A DNA stretch of 52,991 nt, taken from Lentisphaeria bacterium. Its GTDB lineage: Bacteria; Verrucomicrobiota; Lentisphaeria; JABSQK01; JAWLHB01. The translations under genes were made by a program, and so were the position numbers. The notes beneath the pieces were generated by a model, which searched no databases, was not told the DNA's origin, and saw nothing but the letters and a program-made list of their open reading frames with translations. Where the stretch lies: contig JAWLHB010000023.1 of the NCBI GenBank assembly GCA_041690595.1, positions 62,001 to 114,991 on the forward strand, given 5' to 3'. Shown piece after piece: positions 30,703 through 38,530 of the stretch (positions are counted from its first letter, which is position 1; each line of letters opens with the position of its first letter).

Positions 30703-31791
30703 TCAGTTGGGGCGATCGACGTCGCCATCCGATTTGCTGATCACGACCTGCCCTGGGTCGATCAGATTATTCCCATCCCTGCACCAGACGGCGCCAGACA
30801 GCCACGTGTAACCCGCATCGAGCGGCTGAAAGCGCGATGGCCAATGGCCAAGCGAACTATCCGCGGCAAGGCGGCGGAATCCCGCTTCCCGCAACCCCCT
30901 CTCCGGCAGCCGCGTGCCGTACAGGTCGGCGAAACATGCCCCTTCCCGCCGCGCCGTTGCCGTCAGCCCAGTCGCCAGCTCCCCCGCGGCATCCTCCGTC
31001 GCCATCAGCTCGATAACCCGCAACACGCGCTCCCCCCGATCGCGAACCTGCTCGATGCGCCAGACGGCCACGCCGTCCACCTCGCCATCCACCTGCCGGA
31101 CCAGATAGCGATAGTCAAAGCGTGGATGAGCCATATAGCGCCACTCCATGTAACCAGCGTCGCGCACCGTCCCCCCATTACTCGCCGAAAATTGACACAG
31201 CCAACGCTTGATGGCGCCGCCAAAGGTTCCTTTCCACTCGCCGACACAAGCCGGCATGGCCAGCTCCGGCGCCAGCCATTCCCCCAGCGTCGTCGCCGCC
31301 AGCGAGAGCCCAGCCGCCTTCGCCAGCGATCGCGCACCGTCCATATCCGTAATTGCCAGATGGCGCGGCAGATCGTCGATAATCGTGAAGCCGAGCCGGC
31401 GGTAAAGCTCCTGAACCGTAGCATTGATCCCCAGAACGCCGATCGCCTCATACCCCAGTTGCCGCAGCCGGGCAAGCAGCTGAAGCCCGGCCCCACTCGC
31501 CCGCAAACGCTCCACCACCAGCCAGTGCGAAAGCCACACCCCCGCCACCTCCCGGCCATCCGTCAGCCGCATCGTCACTGGAATGAAGCCCAGCATCCCG
31601 TGGATACCCCCATCCTCAATCACCAGCAGCATCGTCAGACTCTCCCCCTCCATGCCCGGCACCCCGCGGCCATATTGCCAGCGCAGCAGCGCCTCGTCCC
31701 GCGACAGGATATGGTTGGCGCGCCAATGCTCGTGAAAGAAGCGTTGCAGCGCCGGTATGTCCGCACATCTGGCAAGTCGAATCTCGGCCAT
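30703..31791 (-). CDS. Tandem GNAT-fold acyltransferase-like protein
   Basis: LLRWQY, GIHGMLGFIP, WLVVERLRASGAGLQLL (acyl-donor loop), LYRRLGF, RDAGYMEWRY, KSDGDVDRPN C-terminus. Confidence 0.65.
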   Translation of the reverse strand: MAEIRLARCADIPALQRFFHEHWRANHILSRDEALLRWQYGRGVPGMEGESLTMLLVIEDGGIHGMLGFIPVTMRLTDGREVAGVWLSHWLVVERLRASGAGLQLLARLRQLGYEAIGVLGINATVQELYRRLGFTIIDDLPRHLAITDMDGARSLAKAAGLSLAATTLGEWLAPELAMPACVGEWKGTFGGAIKRWLCQFSASNGGTVRDAGYMEWRYMAHPRFDYRYLVRQVDGEVDGVAVWRIEQVRDRGERVLRVIELMATEDAAGELATGLTATARREGACFADLYGTRLPERGLREAGFRRLAADSSLGHWPSRFQPLDAGYTWLSGAVWCRDGNNLIDPGQVVISKSDGDVDRPN

Positions 31792-31803
31792 CTCGTCTCC
31801 TCC

Positions 31804-32043
31804 TCAGCGGGCAACCGCTTCCTTCTCGCCACAGAGAGCGAGCAACTCCCCAAGACTCTCCACCCCTACCACATCGTCGAAAGCGATACTCACCCCGGTC
31901 GCCTGCTCGAGCGCCATCACCAGCGTGAGATGCTGCATCGAATCCCAGCCGGCCACCTCACCGCGCCGACTTTCCAGCGTCAGGTCGCCGGCAGCGGCCC
32001 CCAGGATGCCAGCACTCAGTTCGATCAACTCCTGCATCGTCAT
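31804..32043 (-). CDS. Acyl carrier protein
   Basis: GWDSMQHLTLVMALE phosphopantetheine motif; ATGA overlap with the FkbH-like gene. Confidence 0.9.
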   Translation of the reverse strand: MTMQELIELSAGILGAAAGDLTLESRRGEVAGWDSMQHLTLVMALEQATGVSIAFDDVVGVESLGELLALCGEKEAVAR

Positions 32044-33695
32044 GCGATCAACTCCTTGATGTGAATATGTGCCGGCACCGCAAGCCTCTCCCCGCAAAGG
32101 CGTTGCGTCTCTGCCGACTCGAACAGCGGCGCCAGAAAGCGCTGTATCGGCGCATTGGCCGCCGTTGCTTCAAGCGACGCGTACAGCAGGTTGACTCCCT
32201 CTTCCCGAAGCTGCTCCGCCAGGAAACTCAGCGCCGCCAGCTCAATCCCTCGCCCCATCACTCGGCAGCTCATCACCAGATCGACCAGCCGCGCCTCCCC
32301 CCCGTCCCGCTTCACCGATACCACCAGGCAGATCCCCTGGTCGCCAAACTTGTCCTGCACCCTGCCAGTCCAGACAGCATGCCCGGGCCACACCGCCCAA
32401 GCGCAAAAAGCCGCTTCATCCAGCCGCCGGGTCGCCATGTTGAACTGATTGCTCTTGTTCAGCAACTGCACCGCTCGCGGCAGGCTCTCGCGGCTCAGTG
32501 GCTCCATCACCAGCTCCGTCTCCAGGCTCGCCAGCCAGCCATCCAGATCGGCCACCCCGGCGCTCCCGCTACGGCGCTCAGCGTCAGCCCGGTAGAGCTG
32601 CGTTCGCGCCCCATCCTCCCGGCTCACCCGAGGCGTCTCGAAGCAGCTCAACCCCGCCACCAAGGCAGGATACCCAGACCAATGCTCCGGCAGCTCAGGC
32701 ACCAGCACATCCGGCAACGCCGCCCGTACGCGATCACGCTCCGCCGGGCTGTCGTCCAGAAAAACCACGCTCTCCAGCCGCAGCTTCAGCGCCGCCACTA
32801 TCTCCGCGATATTCCCGGCCTTGTCCTCCCAATCGATGCGCCACGCCACGAAATCCTCACGGCGCAGAATCATCTCCGGGTGGTTGTCGATGATGTCCAA
32901 CGCTGTCGCCTCCTCGTTCTTCGACGCGATCGCCAGCAGGATGCCCCGCTCCTTCAAGCGCTTGAGATAGCGCTGCACCTGCACGAAAGCCTCGCCCCGC
33001 GCATCATGCCCCCCCAGCGCGATCCCACTCCGCATGTCGTCCCCAGCGACACCTCCCCACAGCGTATTGTCGAGATCGCAGACAATCAGCTTGCGGCCCT
33101 TCCCGCGAATCCCATCCACCACCGCACGTATCTCCCCAGCCGCCGTCGCCAGCAACGCCGGCGACATCGCAATCTTCCCCAGCGCTTCCCACTTCGCATC
33201 GTGCACCGGCCCGTCGCACGCGCTCTGCCAGCGTTGCGCATCCAGCAGTACCACATTCGGCAGGTCCGCCAGGCAGTCGGCCAGCAGCAGGTTCATCCGC
33301 ATCAAGGTATGGCCAAGCCCTCCGGGGCGCATGCTCAGCGCCTGAATCCCCCGCTCATGCGGTGGCAAGGCCCAGCTCGTCACCAAGTGGCTCCCCCCTC
33401 TGCCCGCGGCTACCCGTATCGCCCCGGCGAAAGCCTCCGTCTCCCGCGCCATCGCCTCCCAATCCAGACGCCATGGCGCCTCCAGGTACCGCGCAAAAGC
33501 CGGCGACATGCACTGCGGACGGCTCCAGGTCAGCACCACCTCCGCCCCCTCCTGCCAGCAGACCGCCCCCCCATCCAGCAGGCTTTGTACAACCTGTCCA
33601 TGCGGCCCGAAACTCACCTCCACCTTCGGGAGGAACTGCCGCAACGGCACCAGGGTGCTGTCCGCCAGCACCAGCATTCTCCAATCACTGCTCAT
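32040..33695 (-). CDS. FkbH-like HAD-IIIC glyceryl transferase/phosphatase
   Basis: CDLDNTLWGG, ASKNE, FLDDSPAER, QLLNKSNQFN, DKFGDQG, MSCRVMGRGIE. Start 33695 or 33731. Confidence 0.92.
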   Translation of the reverse strand: MSSDWRMLVLADSTLVPLRQFLPKVEVSFGPHGQVVQSLLDGGAVCWQEGAEVVLTWSRPQCMSPAFARYLEAPWRLDWEAMARETEAFAGAIRVAAGRGGSHLVTSWALPPHERGIQALSMRPGGLGHTLMRMNLLLADCLADLPNVVLLDAQRWQSACDGPVHDAKWEALGKIAMSPALLATAAGEIRAVVDGIRGKGRKLIVCDLDNTLWGGVAGDDMRSGIALGGHDARGEAFVQVQRYLKRLKERGILLAIASKNEEATALDIIDNHPEMILRREDFVAWRIDWEDKAGNIAEIVAALKLRLESVVFLDDSPAERDRVRAALPDVLVPELPEHWSGYPALVAGLSCFETPRVSREDGARTQLYRADAERRSGSAGVADLDGWLASLETELVMEPLSRESLPRAVQLLNKSNQFNMATRRLDEAAFCAWAVWPGHAVWTGRVQDKFGDQGICLVVSVKRDGGEARLVDLVMSCRVMGRGIELAALSFLAEQLREEGVNLLYASLEATAANAPIQRFLAPLFESAETQRLCGERLAVPAHIHIKELIA

Positions 33696-33752
33696 GACCA
33701 GCCCTTGACTGTTGGTTGAGCCTTTATGCACGCAGGATCCGCGCCACCCCGC

Positions 33753-35765
33753 CTAGTACAGAGCAAGGCTCACGCTGCTGCCCGCATGATCGTCCTGGGG
33801 AAGCGAAACAGTCAGTCGCCCGGCCCTCTTCCCGGGCAGGCTCAGCGTCACCGATTCGAGCTGCTGCGACGGATCGCCAACCGTCAGCCCCAGAACACCG
33901 TCCTCCCCAAGATCCACGAGCAGGGCGCAAGGCTGCTCCGCCGTGATCCGTTGGCCCCCCGTCAGCATGATCTCCCCGGGCGCAAAGAAGATGGCCTGCG
34001 CTCGCTCACCCACCTGCACGGCCAACACCTCCCGGTCGTGCCGCAAGATAGAGATCGTCGGAAGCTCCGTTTCCGCGTCGACACCCGGCCGAATCGCATA
34101 CGCGTAACGAGCATCCGCCGGTCCCCGCCCATGATCGATCGCGCCATTGAAGACAGGCAGCGCCTGCAACTCGCTCGACCCCACCCCGCAATCGCTCCAG
34201 ACGCCATGCTGCTCCCCCAGCACCAAGTGCCCGTAGCCATCCAGGAGTTGGTACGCAACGCGATCATGCCATACGCGACTACCCGCGGGCAGCCGATGCA
34301 TTCCCGCCCGCAGAACCTCGCCGTCCAACCGCACCTCGCCACGCCAATGACATTGGTTGATCGTCGTCCGCACCGGCGCATCCGATGCACAACCAATACC
34401 GCTCCCCATCGCCACCATCACCTCGTCAAAGAGAAAGAAGCCCTTCCGCGCCTGAAGACTATCCCGCCGCACGATGCCCCCCATGCACCCGCGGCGCCCA
34501 TCCGACGCGCCCCCGCCAAAGGCACTCGCCCCATGCGTGCGCAGCGCCTCCGGATCGAGTTCACCCGTGCTCTGCTCGATGGTCGCCCCCGGGATCTGCC
34601 GCCAGTTCCACACCGGGAAGATATCCCGGTACTCGTCCCCGTCGCAGTGGATGAAGCTGACCCCCTCCGCCATGTGATGGCAGAGCCTGCCCTCGCCCCC
34701 GCAGCAGGCAAGATCCGCATTCAGCAGGCGGCTGCTCGGCACCCGAACCGATACATAAAACGCCTCCCGATGATGCGCCATGAAGTCGGAGCGCCAGAAG
34801 AGGCGGTTCCCGTTGACATGCGAGCGTCCTTCCGCTGCCGGCATTGCTACCAGCGCACGCACCTCCTCCCGCCGGGGCTGATCCAGCTGCGCCAGGTAGC
34901 GGGCCGCATTCAGAAAACGATCCGCCGAATGGCCCTTGCGGCTGATCTCCCGGCCGATTGCCCCCAGCTCGAAGGTCCGCCCCCGGATCATCCAGCGGCT
35001 GCCATCCAGAATGAAGCGCGTCAGGAGCTCCACCTTGTGCGCCGGCAAGCGATGTGCGGTTCCGTCGCCGATCCACGCCAGCCTGGCCACATCCAGCGCG
35101 AAGCCCTGGCCATAGCCGCCGGCATACAGCAGCATGCCGTGCTGATAAAAGCTCATGTCCGCCTGCAGCCCCTCTTCCCGCGGATCCACAATCCGCAGCT
35201 CCCGGCCCACCATGTTGAAGCCGCCAGCGATCAGATCCATCTCATTCACCAGTATCCCATGCCGGATCTGCACCGCCGCCACCCACACCAGATTCTGCCC
35301 CGTAAACCGAAGCGCCGGCCGATGCGCCACGAACGCCGGCACCGCCCGCGCGATCAAGTCCCCCTCCAACGCATCCTTCAGAAAAAGCAGAATATCCCCC
35401 AGCAGCGTCGGAGCCCCGATCTGGTTATGCCACCAGTTTGGATTCACCGGCCACAGGTCGAACCAGTACGTAAGTCCCCGAACGCAACCATCCAGCAGCG
35501 CCGGCCGCGTTCCATCCTCAGCCGGCAACGGATACCACCTCGCCGCCAGCCGCAACACCCGCCGCAAATGCCGTGCCGCGTCCCAGTCCTTGAGCAGACC
35601 AGGACCATAATCGATATCCCCCCACGATCCATCCACCCCCTGTGCCGACAACAACCCCTCGACCGACTCCCCATTCACCGCAAAGTCATCCGAAGGCGCC
35701 TCCGGCAACGATTCGCAAAAGCGCCGACGCAACACCTCGATCTCATCCATGCCTTCCCTATGCAT
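33753..35765 (-). CDS. Polysaccharide lyase family 8 (chondroitin AC/hyaluronate lyase-like)
   Basis: NWWHNQIGAP, TGQNLVW, EGLQADMSFYQHG...YAGGYG (catalytic His/Tyr), GREISR, WNWRQIPGAT. Confidence 0.9.
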   Translation of the reverse strand: MHREGMDEIEVLRRRFCESLPEAPSDDFAVNGESVEGLLSAQGVDGSWGDIDYGPGLLKDWDAARHLRRVLRLAARWYPLPAEDGTRPALLDGCVRGLTYWFDLWPVNPNWWHNQIGAPTLLGDILLFLKDALEGDLIARAVPAFVAHRPALRFTGQNLVWVAAVQIRHGILVNEMDLIAGGFNMVGRELRIVDPREEGLQADMSFYQHGMLLYAGGYGQGFALDVARLAWIGDGTAHRLPAHKVELLTRFILDGSRWMIRGRTFELGAIGREISRKGHSADRFLNAARYLAQLDQPRREEVRALVAMPAAEGRSHVNGNRLFWRSDFMAHHREAFYVSVRVPSSRLLNADLACCGGEGRLCHHMAEGVSFIHCDGDEYRDIFPVWNWRQIPGATIEQSTGELDPEALRTHGASAFGGGASDGRRGCMGGIVRRDSLQARKGFFLFDEVMVAMGSGIGCASDAPVRTTINQCHWRGEVRLDGEVLRAGMHRLPAGSRVWHDRVAYQLLDGYGHLVLGEQHGVWSDCGVGSSELQALPVFNGAIDHGRGPADARYAYAIRPGVDAETELPTISILRHDREVLAVQVGERAQAIFFAPGEIMLTGGQRITAEQPCALLVDLGEDGVLGLTVGDPSQQLESVTLSLPGKRAGRLTVSLPQDDHAGSSVSLALY

Positions 35766-35816
35766 CCCCTCTACCTCCTCCAAACATGCAAAACAAAAAA
35801 ACTCTTGCCAACGCCC

Positions 35817-36641
35817 TCACCCGTTCACCGTCTCAGGCCGGGTCGCCAGGATATAGCCGATGTGCGGCAGATACGCTTCGTTGCGCGTGATCGCAAAATC
35901 ATGATCCGTCAGCAGCCCCGCCAGCTGACTCGGATTCCCTCGGTGATACTCCAGACTGATCAGGCCGATTCGCCGCAGCGTCTCGGCGGGCAGGTTGGGC
36001 AGAATCTCGTACTCCGCCCCCTCACAATCGATCTTGGCGTAATCGATTCGCTCCAGACCATGCTTCGCCACAATGCCCGGAATGGAAATGGTGCTGACTT
36101 CCTCATGCGCCGCCCCACCCGCTTCACCGCCGCCAACAACCTCTACCGGTGCGTTATACGTACACGAACTCACCGGCATGAACAGCGTCTCCCCATCCTG
36201 CGCCCCCACCGCGAACCGCTCGGCACAGGCCACACCGTCCAACCTGTTGAGCGCCAGATTCTGCTTCAAAATCGCAAACGACTCGCTGCACGGCTCATAG
36301 CAGAAGACCCGCCCAGCCCCCTTCTTCATGATCCAGAGCGCAAAGACCCCAATATTCGCCCCCACATCCAGAACAGTCGCACCAGGAGGCGGCAGCGGGT
36401 ACTCCGCCCGTATGAAAATGCTGAAAATCGTCGCCAGATCGTCCTTGTCCCCGGAGAGCTGCACAATCGTCCCGTCCCGAAACTCCACCCGAGATCCCGG
36501 AACCGTTGTCCTGCGCAGATAGCAGCGCAGAAAGGTCAGCGGCCGACGTATCCGCATCAACACCAGCAGGAAGTACCAGATGTACAGGTGCGCTTTCGGA
36601 AGAGTCCGCAGAATACGAGCGTTGGAGCGACCGAAGGGCAT
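35817..36641 (-). CDS. FkbM family methyltransferase
   Basis: VLDVGANIGVF, YEP, IDYAKIDCEGAEYEIL, LEYH. Start uncertain (36641, 36683 or further upstream). Confidence 0.88.
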   Translation of the reverse strand: MPFGRSNARILRTLPKAHLYIWYFLLVLMRIRRPLTFLRCYLRRTTVPGSRVEFRDGTIVQLSGDKDDLATIFSIFIRAEYPLPPPGATVLDVGANIGVFALWIMKKGAGRVFCYEPCSESFAILKQNLALNRLDGVACAERFAVGAQDGETLFMPVSSCTYNAPVEVVGGGEAGGAAHEEVSTISIPGIVAKHGLERIDYAKIDCEGAEYEILPNLPAETLRRIGLISLEYHRGNPSQLAGLLTDHDFAITRNEAYLPHIGYILATRPETVNG

Positions 36642-36832
36642 GTCGATTGAAGCCTCAAAGGGTGATAGTTTGCTGAAGCCCATAGTGTAGTCCATCGACC
36701 ACCCGATGCAAGAACCTTTCACCCCCGCCATCTGCTTTCTCCTCCACCGACAGCCCCGAAAAGGTGGGAGTCCCCGGACACCGGCGTTGGACGTTGCCCC
36801 TCCCCAATGCCCTGACCTCCTCATTCACTCCG

Positions 36833-36920
36833 TCCACCTATCCGTCCTCTTCGTCCTATCCCATCCCCGCGTCAGCATCCCCCCCGCTCGTTCTTTGCGA
36901 TCTCTGCGTTCTTTGTGGTT
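36833..36920. repeat. Two degenerate 9-bp tandem repeat tracts
   Basis: tccacctat/ccgtcctct/tcgtcctat (36833-36859) and cgttctttg/cgatctctg/cgttctttg (36889-36915). Confidence 0.6.
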
Positions 36921-37032
36921 AATCCTTGCAGCGTGCCCTTCTGTCCGGAACCCGACAAGACGTATCGAGGGGTCTGGGGAGGTGCGCCTCCCCAGCGGGG
37001 CTCGGGGCAGCGCCCCGGTCCGCCGCCTCCGC

Positions 37033-38355
37033 CTACAGCTCGACCGGCTGACCGTGATAGTAGCGGTCGAGCACCTCGCCGGCAAAGTAAATGGAGCCGA
37101 TGACCAGACCATCGCCCAGCGCGCGAATCTGGCTCAGCCCCGTATCGATGTTCCGGCAAACCTTGACCGGCAGCTCCGGCCAGCGCTGCCGGACAAACGC
37201 CTTGACCTCCCATGGGGAGGCCGTTCGCGGCTGATTGATGCGCAGGAGGCGCAGCGAGCGGCAGAGTGGAACCAGGTAGTCCAGACTCTCCTTCCACTGC
37301 TTGTCCTTGAGGACGCCCAGCATGACATTGTACTGGCGTCCAGGCTGAAGCTGCTGAAGGCTGGCCGCCGTAGCCGCCATACCCGCCGGATTATGCGCCG
37401 CGTCAAAGATCAGGCCATCCGGCAAGACCTGGAGGCGGGCGGGCCAGGTGGCATGCAGCAGTCCCTCGCGAACAGCCGCCTCATCCGTCGGCACGCCGGC
37501 ATCGCGCAAAAGCTGCAGCACCGCCCACGCCACGGCGGTATTGGCCGCCTGATGACGCCCAACCAGACCAGTAGGCACGACCAGCTCCTGCTCCTTCCAG
37601 CGGATACGATTCGCCTGCCGCCAGTTCCCGAACGAGACGCTGTCGATCTCATACCCGCCCGCATCGAAGTCGCGTCCGATCAGCAGCGCCGGCGCCTCGC
37701 GCTCGGCGGCAAGGCGCAGCAGCCGGTCGACGGGCTCCTTCTTGCGCTCACCGATCACCACCGGGACCCGCGGCTTGATGATCCCCCCCTTCTCGCCCGC
37801 AATCTGATCCAGGGTTGTGCCAAGCATCTCGGTATGCTCGAGATCGATGGAGGTGACCACGGAGACCATGGGGGTGACGATATTGGTGGAATCCAGGCGG
37901 CCGCCAAGGCCGACCTCGAAAAGAACCAGATCCACCTCCCGGCGCAGAAAATAGACCAGCGCCATGGCCGTCGTGAACTCGAAATAGGTGGGGCACTCCC
38001 CCTTGCCCGAATCGAAAAGTCGCTGGGCCTGCTCATCCACGCAGGACACCACGTCCGCAAAATCAGCTTCGCTGATCGACTTGCCATCCACCCGAATGCG
38101 TTCCCGCACCGACACGAGATGCGGCGATGTGAAAAGCCCGACGCGATAGCCGGAGCGCTGAAGCGCGGCCGCCAGCAGCGCACAGACCGACCCCTTGCCG
38201 TTGGTCCCGGCAACATGCACGAAGCGAAGTTTGTCCTGTGGGTTCCCAAGAGCTGCCACAAGGCGGTACGTGTTTTCGAGACCCAGCTTGATTCCCATGT
38301 GGACCAGGGAATTCAACCGTTCACAGGCAGCCTCAAAGGGGGTTGTCGTATTCAT
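37033..38355 (-). CDS. folC: Folylpolyglutamate synthase/dihydrofolate synthase
   Basis: HVAGTNGKGS, FTSPHL, TYFE, EVGLGGRLDSTN, EKGGIIK, DAAHNPAG. Confidence 0.96.
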   Translation of the reverse strand: MNTTTPFEAACERLNSLVHMGIKLGLENTYRLVAALGNPQDKLRFVHVAGTNGKGSVCALLAAALQRSGYRVGLFTSPHLVSVRERIRVDGKSISEADFADVVSCVDEQAQRLFDSGKGECPTYFEFTTAMALVYFLRREVDLVLFEVGLGGRLDSTNIVTPMVSVVTSIDLEHTEMLGTTLDQIAGEKGGIIKPRVPVVIGERKKEPVDRLLRLAAEREAPALLIGRDFDAGGYEIDSVSFGNWRQANRIRWKEQELVVPTGLVGRHQAANTAVAWAVLQLLRDAGVPTDEAAVREGLLHATWPARLQVLPDGLIFDAAHNPAGMAATAASLQQLQPGRQYNVMLGVLKDKQWKESLDYLVPLCRSLRLLRINQPRTASPWEVKAFVRQRWPELPVKVCRNIDTGLSQIRALGDGLVIGSIYFAGEVLDRYYHGQPVEL

Positions 38356-38530
38356 TGCAAAAAGGGTGAATGGAGTTGTCGAAGATCGATTCGTGTTATG
38401 TTAGTTTACTGGCATGAACGGTATCGTGGTCCCGAGGCAAGTCAACCATGTCACCCGACAAAAGAGGGCCCGACCGTCTCCACATCGAATAGTTTTGAGT
38501 GCTTCACGATTGTAAGATAGGAAGGGTATC

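Noticed and set aside
29964..36641. Polyketide (methoxymalonyl-ACP) biosynthetic cluster
   Set aside because: No ketosynthase, acyltransferase module or FkbI/FkbK-type dehydrogenases nearby.
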